Shown one piece after another: positions 28,850 through 40,874 of a stretch of DNA of 64,000 nt; the stretch's first letter is position 1; the number at the start of each line of letters is the position of its first letter. The notes under the pieces are model-generated. The model searched no databases. It saw nothing but the letters and a program-made list of their open reading frames with translations, and was not told the origin of the DNA. Both the position numbers and the translations under genes were made by a program. The stretch comes from the human T2T-CHM13v2.0 reference genome, Homo sapiens: the NCBI RefSeq assembly GCF_009914755.1, contig NC_060932.1; one strand, 5' to 3'.

Positions 28850-29150
28850 GGATCATTTTCAGACTCGCGGCAGCCAGTCCTTGGGCTATTTCTATGAGTC
28901 TTTATGTAACTTTGACTACAAATTCGAAGTTGTCCTCAAATCCACTAGAACTCCTGGTTGGATACCATTCAATCCTGGTGATTTATTTTACTTTTATTTG
29001 TCAGTTAGGCCTAGTACATCCCTTGCATTTATTTTTCCTGAATTTAGCATATTTAGACTGCTTACTTCAGAAGAGAATTTGTTTTCAAATATTCTCTTTG
29101 GTAAAATATACCTCAGAAGTTGGATTTATTCCCTTTCCTATCTTTTATTC
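28850..29150 (-). mobile_element. Ancient CR1/L3-clade LINE ORF2 relic
   Basis: Minus strand translates as DVLGLTDK*K*NKSPGLNGIQPGVLVDL, then PKDW; compare the CR1 motifs NKSPGPDGIHPRVLKEL...PEDW. Confidence 0.7.
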
Positions 29151-29361
29151 ATCTATGTACTGCACTTATTTTTATAAGTTCATCTGATTCTTCAGCTGGC
29201 TTTCTGCCAATGATAAATTAAAAAAAAAAAACTACACATAAACGAAACCAACAACCAGAAAACCCTTTTAACTTGTTATTTATTTATTTATTTATTTATT
29301 TATTAGCAACCTTTAAACTCTTTGAATTATGTCATGAATTTCCTCTGACTTACAAGCTCAC

Positions 29362-29632
29362 AGGGCAGCATTTTCTAATAGTGTTTTGTTTTAGCCTGAA
29401 ATAAAAGGTTCCATGGTCAAGTTAGCATAGGAAAGGCTACATACTTATTCTATGCCCCTTTATCCCCTAGCCTCTGAAACAGTTTAGTAATTCATAATTC
29501 ACAGTAGCATTTGAAACACTCTGAGATGTCCTGCATAGACAAACCAGATTAACTTGGTTTGACCTAATTTCCCCCCCAACATAAACACTTATTAACAATC
29601 TGTGAACTAGTGTTCCTTAGACCACCTTTGTG
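29362..29632. mobile_element. hAT-Charlie-type non-autonomous element
   Basis: ggttccatggtcaa...ctctgagatgtcctgca...ttaacttggtttgacc; exact family uncertain. Confidence 0.5.
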
Positions 29633-29859
29633 TCCATTGAATTTAGAAGTTTTCTTATTCTCATTTGGCATAGCTTAATGTTTTTAGATGTGCTTTAGTT
29701 TTTTCCTCTTTACCTATTTGTTTCTATTTGGTTTCTTCACTTACGCTTTTTCCATATATATTTTTTTGACAAGTCTGTGTGACCCAATTTAAACTTTTCT
29801 GATGACATTTACTTTGAATTAAAAAAGATTTTTTGTTCATTACTTATCTTCCTATATTC

Positions 29860-30060
29860 TATATTGAAATGATTATTTTAATATTTAATGTTATAGCATA
29901 TTAATTTATTAAAGTATTAAATATTTATATTATTAAATTTATTTTAAGTTAAATAATCAAATAATATTGATATTAAATATTTAAATATTTATATTTAAAT
30001 AATATTTAATTTTAACTTTATATTGATATAAAATTATTTAAATATTGATAAGGATATTAC
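29860..30060. repeat. AT-rich low-complexity tract
   Basis: Almost pure A/T with repeated taaatattta. Confidence 0.9.
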
Positions 30061-30269
30061 TTTGGTAGTACTGGTGGTTATAATGTTTTTAACTGTCTTT
30101 CTTATTCACTGAATATATTCACTGACTATTTCATGGTAGGTTTTTAAGCTTTATTGCTTTTATTAGGGAATAAATGACTAAAGTTATATATTAACATTTA
30201 CATTTGTAAGTTAATCTTCACCATAGGTAATTTTTGCTTTTTAAAATTTGTTGCAGTACTCTATATTTC

Positions 30270-30685
30270 CTTGCGATACTTACTCTCTTTGCACATGCTT
30301 CTTCTTTTGCATGAAGGCTCTTGTTCCAGATATCCACATGTCTGTTTCCTTTCCTCCCTCAGTTCTCTTTTCACCTGTTGTCTTCTCAATGAGGCTCATT
30401 TTTGCTGCTACATTTGTTTTTAGATGTATTTGTAAACATCTAGACACCCTACCCCAACACTACCTATTCCCCTTCTTGACTTCATTTTTATTTTTTGTGT
30501 TGATCAATATGTAAGATACTATGTATTTCTTGTATTCATTGTATTTATTTGTTCTTTCTTAATACAAAGTAAACTTCCCAAAAACAAGGATTTTCATCTG
30601 TTTTGTCACTGCTTTGTCTCTGCTGTCTAGAACAGTGGGACATATTTTAGGTGCTCAGTAAATTTTCAATTGGATGAATAAATAC
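30270..30685 (+). mobile_element. L2 3' end
   Basis: ctttgcacatgct...tctagaacagtg...taggtgctcagtaaa...atgaataaat. Confidence 0.8.
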
Positions 30686-31324
30686 AATAATCTCAGAAGA
30701 TGTAAAAACTGCATTCCATAAAATTCAAAATCCATTCATGGTACAAAATCAGTGAACTATGATTAAAAGGTAAAAACATTGAGCAAACATGATATTTATT
30801 GGTGAAACATTGAAAGTATTCTTTTTTAAGATTACAAACAAGTTAATACATCTTTAATCAGCAAGATAACATTTCTATGCAGCATTATTATATAGGAAAT
30901 TCTAGCTAAAACAATACAATAAGAAAAAGAAGAATTATTAGTATTGAAGAGGAAGAAACAATGCTATCCCTAGTCTTAGAGGATATTTTGTCTGCATAGT
31001 AACCATCCCAAAAAAATACAGATTAAGTATTAGAATGAATAAAAGAGGTTATCAAATATGCCACAAACAAAATCAATGTACAAAATCAATTGCATTTCTG
31101 TACTTTGCTACAAATATTTGGAAAAGGTAACAAAATACCATTTATAGTAGTATACAAAATATAAAGTACCTAGGAAAAACTCTTAGAAAAACAGGAAAAG
31201 ACCTGTGTGGAGAAAATGATAAAACAAAGATCCTTGAGAAAACCTAAATGAGTGGTAAAATAAATCATAGTTCTGAGTAGAAAAATACCAATCTACAAAA
31301 GATATGATTCTCCTAAAATTGTTT

Positions 31325-31985
31325 ATTTTTATTTTTTATTTTTTTATTATTATACTTTAAGTTTTAGGGTACATGTGCACAATGTGCAGGTTAGTTACAT
31401 ATGTATACATGTGCCATGCTGGTGCGCTGCACCCACTAACTCGTCATCTAGCATTAGGTATATCTCCCAATGCTATCCCTCTCCCCTCCCCCCACCCCAC
31501 AACAGTCCCCAGAGTGTGATGTTCCCCTTCCTGTGTCCATGTGTTCTCATTGTTCAATTCCCACCTATGAGTGAGATTATGCAGTGTTTGGTTTTCTGTT
31601 CTTGCGATAGTTTACTGAGAATGATGACTTCCAATTTCATCCATGTCCCTACAAAGGACATGAACTCATCATTTTTATGGCTGCATAGTATTCCATGGTG
31701 TATATGTGCCACATTTTCTTAATCCAGTCTATCATTGTTGGACATTTGGGTTGGTTCCAAGTCTTTGCTATTGTGAATAGTGCCACAATAAACATACGTG
31801 TGCATGTGTCTTTATAGCAGCATGATTTATAGTCCTTTGGGTATATACCCAGTAATGGGATGGCTGGGTCAAATGGTATTTCTAGTTCTAGATCCCTGAG
31901 GAATCGCCACACTGACTTCCACAATGGTTGAACTACTTTACAGTCCCACCAACAGTGTAAAAGTGTTCCTATTTCTCCACATCCT
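31325..31985 (-). mobile_element. 5'-truncated young L1PA (PA2/PA3-like), ~660 bp
   Basis: Near-consensus antisense ORF2 C-terminus (ORF 31649-31924, WRFLRDLELEIPFDPAIPLLGIYPKDYKSC...) and 3'UTR; GAG rather than the Ta ACA diagnostic; TSD tcctaaaattgttt at 31311 and 31982. Confidence 0.95.
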
Positions 31986-32867
31986 AAAATTGTTTTAGAA
32001 ATTTTATGGAATAAAAATATAAAAATTCCTGCACCTTTTTACTCACCATGGACCATGCAAGCTCATTCCTGCCCGCACACAGAACAGCGAACAGGGAGTT
32101 TTGCCCTCCCAGATATTAAAACTGTGTACTACTATAAAAATAGCAATTAACACAGTATAGTATTGAGTAGAAAAAGAAAATAATAGATGATTTCAGACAG
32201 ACTAGAGGACCCAGGAAGAGACCCACACATTTATGTAAAATTCTTTATAAAGACTTGACTCTTAAGACAGGTAAATGCAATAAATGCTACATGACAATTG
32301 GTTAACTAAGTGGAGAAAAAAAATGGATACTACCTCACATCACACATAAAAAAATCAATTCTGGTTGCAAGACAAATCTAGGAAATTGTTAGAAAAATAT
32401 ATATAAGAAGATAGCTTTATGACCTCAGATAATGAAGAATTTTAAAAACAAGATACAAAAAGCATGAACCATATGGGAAAAGATTTAGTTTTACTACATT
32501 ACTACCCTATTTATCCTTGTTAAAATGTTCAGTAGCTCCAAATACAATGGAAAAAAGACTGGGACCAGTGTCTCACAAAAGAGAAAACACAAATGGCTAA
32601 AACTAATATGAGAAGATACACAACCTCATTAGCAATCAAAGAAGCTTACATTTAAATGACAATGACATATCATGTTCCAGCCAGTATATTGGAGAAGCTA
32701 AAATGAGTAATAGCAAGAGCTGCAGAGGTATGGGAGAAACAGAACATTGTTAGAAAGGAAGTAGGTTGTTAGAACTAATTTGCAAAGTACTTTGACTTTA
32801 TCTTGACAAGTTTAAGATACCTTAAATCCCATCAATTCCATTCCAATGTATAGACTCTGGAGAGCTT

Positions 32868-32943
32868 TTATATTTATATATGTTTATATTTATTATATAT
32901 TATATATAATTATATGCATTATATATATTCACACACACACACA
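32868..32943. repeat. (TA)-rich plus (CA)n microsatellite
   Basis: Direct inspection. Confidence 0.85.
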
Positions 32944-32981
32944 GGAGATGACCATAATATTCACAGAATACTTGCTTGGAA

Positions 32982-33560
32982 AATTTTAGTAGACTACTTT
33001 TAGAGCAGGTTTAGGATCACAGCAATATAGAGCAGAAAATAGAGTTCCCATATAGCCTTCATCCCCACAAAAGGGCAACCTTTTCACTATCGACATCCCA
33101 AAACACAATTGTGTATTTGCTGCAATTAATGAACCTATGCTGCTGCATCAGTATTACCCAAAGTCCATAGTTTACATTAGGGTCTGCTCTTAGTGCTGTG
33201 CATTCTGTGAGTTTTGACAAACCTTTAATGACATGTATCTGTCATTGTAGATTCCTATAGAAGAGTTTCACTTCCCTAAAGAGCCTATGTGCTCTGCCTA
33301 TTCATCCCTCTCTTCCCACTAAAACCTGGCAACCACTAATCTTTTCAATGACTTCATAGTTTTGCCTTTTCCAGAATGTCATATAGTGGCAATCATACAG
33401 TAGGTAAACTTGTCATATTGGCTTCTTTCGCTTAGTAATATGCAATTAAGGTTCCCACCAGCACTGAATTCCCATCAGCAATGAATGAGAGTTTCTGTTG
33501 CTCCACATCCTCGCCATTATGTGGTGTTGTCACCGTTTGGATTTTCACCATTCCAATCTG
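32982..33560 (-). mobile_element. L1MC1-like 3' end
   Basis: ttttagagcaggtttaggatcacagca; caaagtccatagtttacattaggg; tttgccttttccagaatgtcatatag. Confidence 0.85.
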
Positions 33561-33639
33561 TAGAATCATTGTTATTAATTGGGGGGAGAGACAACCAACA
33601 AATAAAGGAAATAACTCAGAAGTTCGTTAGCAGAATGAT

Positions 33640-34110
33640 TTTAAAAATTGAGGGCTGTGCATATAATAAAGTGACATAAAACTATATACACACATTGTAC
33701 TAAAGTCGATTTGCTGTTTTGATATTGTACTGTAATTAGGTAAGATGCAAGCACTGGGGAAACTGGGTGGAGGGCACATGAAGCTTCTCCATACTATTTC
33801 TCCAACTTTCCGTGTGCCTATAATTTTTTTTCAAACCAAAATGTTAAAAAAAATTCGAGTGTTGTTTTCTCATAGATAAAATACTGTCCAGCTATGGAAG
33901 CAATGAACCACAGATAAAAACCACAGGGCTACATCTCACAAACGTTATATGGAATAAAAAAATGCAGTCGAATAAAAACAGATGCAGTATAATGCTCAAA
34001 ACATACAAGCTAAATGATATATTACTTTGGGATACAACTGTGATAAAACTCAAGAAAAACAAGTGAATGATAAGAAACAGAATTGGTGATAATGCTTATC
34101 TCAGGGGAAC
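33640..34110 (+). mobile_element. L1MC/ME-like 3' fragments
   Basis: ttttgatattgtact...gggaaactgggtggagggcaca; gataaaatactgtccagctat. Confidence 0.6.
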
Positions 34111-34337
34111 CCCCACGCTTTTGTGAGTTTTACATGCAGGAGACTATCAGGTCCTCATAGTGAATATCGGAGAATAATTCAGGGGGATTGGAAAAGGAAC
34201 ATTTTGAAATATACCAGAGCATTCTGTGTATTCTTATTAACTAACCCGCCCTCGGGAGAAACGATCTTCCTAGAGTCTAACCTGCTGAGGTTTTATTAGA
34301 GCCTAACATACCTGGGCTAAGAGAAAGGAAGGAGGTT

Positions 34338-35082
34338 TCATACAAAATGAAGCGTTCTCTTACCACATGATCCAGAAATCACACTCCTTAGTATTTCTCC
34401 AAATGAGTTGAAATGTCCACACAAAACATGCACATGGATGTTTATAGCAGTTTTATTTATGATTGTCAAAACTTGGATGCAACCAAGATGTTCATTAGTA
34501 GGTGCATAGAGAAAAAAATTGTGGTACACCTAGACAATGGAATACTATTCAGTGCTATCAGTGCTAAGAAGAAATGAGCCATCACGTCATGAAAAGACAC
34601 AAAAGAATCTTAAGTGCATATCATTAAGCGAAAGAAGCCAATCTGCAAAGGTTACCTACCATATGATTGCGATTATGTGATATTCTGGAAAAGGCAAAAC
34701 TATGGAGTCGTTAAATAGATTAGTGGTTTAGTGGGGAGGGAAGCGTGAGTAGGCAGAGCATGTAGGATCTTCAGGGCGGTGAAACTATTTTTTATGATTC
34801 TGAAATGATGGATGCATGTCATTATACATTTGTCAACACCTATAAAATGTACAGCCCTGAGAGTGAATCCTAATATGAGCTATGGACTTTGGGTGATAAT
34901 AATGCTTCAGTGTAGGTTCATTTATTGCAACAAAGGTACCACTGTGCTGGGGGATGACCATTGTGAGGGAGGCTGTGCATGTGGGTGGGGCAGGGGCTAT
35001 ATGGGAACTCTCACTACTTTCTGTTCTATGTTGCTGTGAACCTGAAACTGCTCTAAAGTATAAAGTTTAAAAATTTAAAAAA
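34338..35082 (+). mobile_element. L1MC1-like 3' end
   Basis: tgatccagaaatcacactcctt...ttctggaaaaggcaaaactatgg...ctatggactttggg...ctgctctaaagtataaagtt. Confidence 0.88.
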
Positions 35083-35264
35083 CTCTGATCTTTAGTTTAG
35101 CATTTTACAATCTATTTTATTGAAAGGAACAAATAAAAGTTAGGATTAAGAGAATTAAACATTTTTCATAGAGCATATAAATATAGAGCATGTAAGAGAA
35201 GACTTGATTCTCATTTCAGTTCTGATCTGTCTTTAACTTTGGCTTAGCTGGTTTTAGCTGATGG

Positions 35265-35825
35265 TTTTTGAAGGATGGTCCCCAGACCAGCAGCATCAAT
35301 ACCAACTGGATATTTGTTAGAAATGTAAATTCTCAGACCTCACCCCAGACCTATTGAATCAGAAACTCTGGGAGAGGGACTGCTATGGCTTGAATGTTTG
35401 TGTTCCCTACAAAATTCATGTTGAAGCTTGATCTCCAATGTAACAGTATTAAGAGGTGGGGCATTTAGGAGGCAATGATTAGGTAGTGAGGTCTCTGACC
35501 TCATGAATGGGACTAGCACCTTATGAAAAGGCTGGAAGGAACTACGTTGGCCTCTTTGGCCCATCAATCTCTTCTGCCATGTGAAAACATAGCATCAAGG
35601 TGCCATCTTGGAAACAGCACTCGTCAGACATTAATTCTGCTGGGACCTTGATCTTGGACCTCGCAGCTTCCAGAACTGCGAGAAATACATTTCTGTTGTT
35701 ATTATTACAAAGTGTCAGGTATTTTGTTATGCAGAAGGAACAGACTAATACAGGGACTCAGCAGTTTATTTTAGCACAAGGCTTCCAGGTGATTCTGATG
35801 TGCATAGACTTTTGAGAACCACTAT
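35265..35825. mobile_element. MER5A split by an LTR
   Basis: ggtccccagaccagcagcatc...gaatcagaaactctggg | ...ccaggtgattctgatg...tttgagaaccact. Confidence 0.85.
35381..35752 (+). mobile_element. MaLR solo LTR (MSTC/MSTD-like)
   Basis: TG...CA ends (tgctatggcttgaatg...gactaataca); perfect 5-bp TSD gggac. Confidence 0.9.
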
Positions 35826-36679
35826 TACTTTCAACCTTTTCATCTATAAAATTATAAATAACACTAGATCACTTTTTTTCAACGTGTGATGTATATATTA
35901 CTGATCATGTGCAGGACAGTTTTAGGTGGCATAAATAAGAGCATTTTAAGTTTTACCAGCTCTGTATTTATTTTAAAGTTTGTTAGAAAAATATAAATAG
36001 CATACCAAATCTACAAGTTCACTGGTGTTTTTGCCTCATATATGGCTAAGTTAAAAAAAAAAGAAAACAAAAAGAGAATCAATGGAATCAATTTGAACTT
36101 GATATAAATAGAAATAGCCAAAATAGTAAGGTGATAGGAGAATATCACAAGGTGCATGGAGTAATTTCTCAAATTTTGAGGCCTTAGTAACCCTGCACTG
36201 GATTAATCTCCTACGTATTTTCATTCTAAAACTATGAGATTTCATATGCTCGTTTTTCTTACAGATTTGCCTCCTTAATTTTCTTTTTAAAATTCAAGCT
36301 CACATATTAAAAATGTAGTCGATGCTGTTTGAGCTTGGAGGGGAAATGGCCTATTAGTGTGCTTTTGTACTGGGGGATACTTATCTGAGATTCATATTTA
36401 ACCATGGTTAATGGACATGGGGATAATTCACATGCAAATCATCAAAGTTAAATATATTAAGAAGAAATCTGTCCTGAAAACACCATTTAATTTTAGAAGC
36501 ATTTTCTTCTTTTCACTACTTGAAGTATTTATAGTGGAATAGGCAGATGTTTTTATAAAAAGGAAATGAAACGACATTTGGGGACAGTAATAAACATATT
36601 TTGGTTAATTAGGGATTTATACTTTGTAAAAGTTTTCACATTATAAATAGCTAAAACATAGCTGGCCTTTTTAAGTGGC

Positions 36680-37275
36680 AGTTTAAACAGCTTTATTGAG
36701 ATATAATTTACATTGTCATAGAGTCCATCTACATAAAGTGTACAATTTAGTGGTTTTGTGTATTCACAGAGCTATGCAACCATGATCATGAGCAATTTTA
36801 GGACATGTTCATTATCCCAAAAAGAAACCCCATGTTCATTATCAGTTACTCCCCATCCCCCATGTAGTTCCAACCCTAGGCAACTACTTACGTACTTTTT
36901 ATTTCTATGGTTTTTCTCATTCTGGAGATTACATAGAAATGGAATCATATATGAAGTGGCCTTTTGTGACTGGCTTCTTTGACTTAGCATGTTTTCAAGA
37001 TTCATCCATGTTGTAGTGTGTGTGTGTCAGTATTTTATTCTTGAATAATATTCCATGGTATTGATATATCATGTTGGTCTATCCATTCTTCAGTTAATGA
37101 ACATTTGGGTTGCTTTTACTTTTTGCTATATAAATAATGGTACTATGAACATTCATATACAAGTTTTTGTGTGAACATATGTTTTTATTTCTCTTAGGTG
37201 TATACCTAGGAGTGGAATTGCTGGGTAACTATACTTAATACTTGATGGTAACTATATTTAATAATTCAAGAAATT
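36680..37275 (-). mobile_element. L1MB-like 3' end
   Basis: aacagctttattgagatataatttaca...tatacctaggagtggaattgctggg. Confidence 0.88.
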
Positions 37276-37949
37276 GGATATAAAGCACTCTTATTCAAAG
37301 TAAAATTGCGATTTTATTTAAAACTAACTACATTTCTGTTTTAATAAGGTATGAATTTTGTTTGTCAAGGATTTTACATAAAATCTGTCTCCAAAATGGT
37401 GTTTGGCAAAAATCATTATTAAAATACATGTTTTTGAACACAGCAGCTTACAGACTGCTATTCTACATCACAGTTTATCATCATTTATCAAAATTGTCAT
37501 GTCCTCTGTGACATGTTTCTTTTTCTGAATATTTTATTGTCACATGTGTCATTAAGCATTTAGAAAAAAAATGGCCTGGAATCTTCTTCCTGAACTGATG
37601 AAATTCATGATTTTTGTGTATAGACATTTACAAATAAATTATATGTTGTTAAGAAACTAATGGTAGTTTTTTTTCTTTTAAAATTCTCACTTCAACATCA
37701 ATAAAAAATGTTTCTGAAATGGAAACGTACCATTTTGATGTCTAACTGCATCTGACACTTTTAAGTTTTGCTGTCCTATTATTAATATTTTAAAGTTTTA
37801 GGAAGGGCTACTTTTTATATAATGAGATTTTATATTCCATAAATTATTATTTGACTTTGTTTTACTTTGTCACAATGCTTCTTCAAAGCTTTTTTGCCAA
37901 ATTGGCTACCTTTAGATTCCTTTTTAGGAAAGGTCTTCAGGATGGTCTT

Positions 37950-38263
37950 TTTTGTTGTTTTTGTTTTTGTTTTTGTTTTTTGAGACGGAGTTTCTCTCTG
38001 TGGCCCAGGCTGAAGTGTAGTGGTGCAATTTCTGCTCACTGCAACCTCCGCTTCCTTGGTTCAACGATTTCTCTGTCTCAGCCTTCTGAGTAGCTGGGAT
38101 TATAGGCGCCCACCACTACACCTGGCTATTTTTTTGTATTTTTAGTAGAGATAGGGCTTCACCATGTTGGCCAGACTGGTCTCTAACTCCTGACCTCAAA
38201 GGATCTGCCAGCCTCGGCCTCCCAAAGTGCTGGGATTACAGGTGTGAGCCTCTGTGCCCGGCC
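37950..38263 (-). mobile_element. AluS
   Basis: Full antisense Alu with a (TTTTTG)n tail; TSD begins caggatg on both sides. Confidence 0.95.
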
Positions 38264-38809
38264 CAGGATGCTCCCTTTTAATAGCTACTTAGGAAATTAG
38301 GTTTTGGTACCTTGTTGTTAGAAGAGAATATTCCTGAAAAAAGGAAACAACTAAATGCATCGACTATCTGGGGTAGTAGAAAGAGAAGCGACAGCACAGA
38401 GAAAAGATGCCCCTTAGGGAGGAGAAAGAAACAAATATCAATTAGACTTGAACGAACTAGGTTTCTTTATTGATGAAGAAAGTTAAGCCACACTTTAACT
38501 TTCCTTGCCACACTAAAAGCAAACAAACAAACCCCAAAGAATAGTCAGGCAGCTGAGACATTCAGTAGCCTTGTAGACAAAACAAGACATATTCTTATTG
38601 TTGGAGTATAGTTGTGTAAGGCCTGTAGCCCCTTTCTTTTGACTAATTTATTCCTTTTGGAATGAAAATATTTACTCAATGCCTGTACCTGATCTGCAGA
38701 CTGATCAGCTGAAATCATCCTTGATTTTATTTCTGATAGGGAGAACCTGTCCTGCACTTACCATGGTAGAGTAGTGGGTGTTTATAATGAAGATGTAAAA
38801 CTTTATAGT

Positions 38810-39230
38810 TTGGATCATGTGGGAGGTAGACTCTGATACAGGGCTTAGAGTGTTTATTAGGGAGTGCTGTTGGAAACAACACAATGGAAGAGAAAAGAAT
38901 CAGGATCAGACAGATGGAAGAGTCAAGGTGTTTCTTTGGCCAACAACATGGAAGCTTTAGAACTGAAATGGTTAATCAGTTTAGTGCCATGTTTGGCCAA
39001 AGTGGCCAGGTCTTTGTAAACCACCTCCATTAGTAAATGGATGCGGCTGTCACCTCCCACCCACCAGAGCATGACCTTAGGTCAGGCGTTCTCTGCAGCT
39101 CAGACTGTTCCAGCCCCTAAAGGGGCTTACAGCTGGGATTGTCCTCTGACAACACTCCCTACATCTGGGCCAAGAAGTTCTTCCTTGAGGATTGGTCTTG
39201 ATGGTGTTTCTCCTATGTCTGCTGCACTAC
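38810..39230. mobile_element. Old ERVL-type LTR (family uncertain)
   Basis: agactctga...gtttattagggagtgct...catgaccttagg resembles old ERVL LTRs. Confidence 0.45.
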
Positions 39231-39364
39231 ATCAGTCATTGTCCCCTTAACCTTCACAAAAGCTTTTGAAAATATTTATATTTTTTGTTTATAAAAGTGG
39301 TACAATTAGACACCAATCTGTATTCAACAGGGCAATGGTTAAATCCATGCCTTTGGAGACTATG

Positions 39365-39722
39365 TGTGCTCTTGTTTGAATGTTTCTATCTCCCCCAGAT
39401 TTATATGTTGAAACCTGATCTCCAAAGTGATGGTATTAAGAGGTAGGACCTTTGGAAGATGATTATTAGATCATGAGGGTAAGGCTCTCATGATTGGATT
39501 AGTGCCCTTATATAAAAGGGCCAACGGAGCTTGTTTGTCCCTTCCAGGACATGCGAAACGCAGTGAGAAGGAACCATCTGTGAGGAAGTGGGCCCTCACT
39601 CAATCTGCTGGTACCTTGATCTTGGACCTCTCAGTCTCCAGAGCCATGAGAATTGAATTTCTGCTGTTTGTAAGCTACCCGTCAACGATATTGTCCTAGA
39701 TCCGCCCAAATGGACAAAGACA
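39365..39722 (+). mobile_element. MaLR solo LTR (MLT1A/MST-like)
   Basis: tgaatgttt...tatatgttgaaacct...accttgatcttggac...aaatggacaaagaca. Confidence 0.85.
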
Positions 39723-39979
39723 ATTTAGAATTAACATAATGAGGAAATCTGTGTGTACTGATGAGAAAATATGTCCATCATGTCATAGACTAAAAAAACC
39801 AGTTTGCCGACTATACACATATATACACTATGATTATATTTTTATTTACAAAAGCTATACAAGTATGTAAAATACACAGGTACGTGTAGATTCACTAAAG
39901 CTTTTACCTTCTGAAGACTGGGTTGGGGGTAAACAAGAAGAGAGAATGATAGTTTTCAATTTTTGTTTTGTATGCTCAG

Positions 39980-40481
39980 TTTATATGTTCATTTTTCTGT
40001 TGCTGATGTAACAAATTATCACACATTTGGCTTAAAGCAACACAAATTGTTTATCTCACAGTTCTGGAGGTCAAAAGTCAAAAGTCTGTCTTACTGGGCT
40101 AAAATCAAGGTGTCAGGAGGGCTGTCTTCCCTTCTGGAGGTTCAGGGGACAATCTGTTTTCCTGCCTTTTCCAGATTCTAGAGGCTGCCTTCATTCCTTG
40201 ACTTGTGACTTCTTCCTCCATCTTAAAAGCCAGCAGACTCACATCTTCAAATCTCTATCTAACTCTCTCTTCCGCCTCCATCTTCCACTTCAAGAATCCT
40301 TGTAATTTCATGGGGCCCACCCAGATAATCCAGGATAATTTCCTTGTTTTAAGGTCACATGATTAACAATCTAAATTCCATATGCACCTTTCTTACCACT
40401 TGCCATGTAACATAACACATTCATAGGTTCTAGGGCTTTGGATGTGACCATGTTTGGTGGGGTGTTATTCTGAGTACTACA
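39980..40481 (-). mobile_element. MaLR solo LTR (MLT1C/D-like)
   Basis: gtaacaaattatcaca...tctcacagttctggagg...ggcccacccagataatccaggataat. Confidence 0.85.
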
Positions 40482-40874
40482 CTAGGTAAGTGAAACTACA
40501 GCTTTCTCACAACCTATGTGCTAGCTGTTCATGCTTCCTGTTCAGATAATACCAGGTAAATGAGAGAAGAGAAACATCCGTGGGTAAACAATTATAATTT
40601 AGTACATTATTATTCTTTAATTTCTATAGTATTTATAATAAAGTTCAATAAGAATTTATCTATGAGGAAGTGGCTTTTCTAAACAAGTGTAAAGCCCCCT
40701 TGTTTGGAAAAATGTCAGAGAGACTGCATACTTTTTCTTCTTGCCCGCTTTTCCCATGCTGGCCTCTGTTGCAGCTCTTCTGAAATGTAATCATTGCTTT
40801 ATTTCTTTATTTATCTCTTTCCTAATTTTCTTGGAGGTTCTTTAAGATGGGGGCTATATACTTTAACTTACCAA

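Larger units (their letters stand above)
30690..32980 (+). mobile_element. Old L1M (L1ME/MC-like) ORF2 fragment, interrupted by L1PA
   Basis: A-rich decayed ORF2 (aaaattcaaaatccattcatg; caaaatcaatgtacaaaatcaattgcatttct). Confidence 0.8.

Noticed and set aside
28770-29232. Possible processed pseudogene (ORFs followed by an A-run)
   Set aside because: No TSD or recognisable parent gene; better explained by an Alu fragment plus the antisense CR1 relic
31649-31924. ORF with real protein similarity
   Set aside because: C-terminus of L1 ORF2p in a truncated element with no promoter
37224-37265. Small tandem duplications (also at 2228-2250, 47205-47237 and 60363-60420)
   Set aside because: Ordinary slippage events with no sign of function
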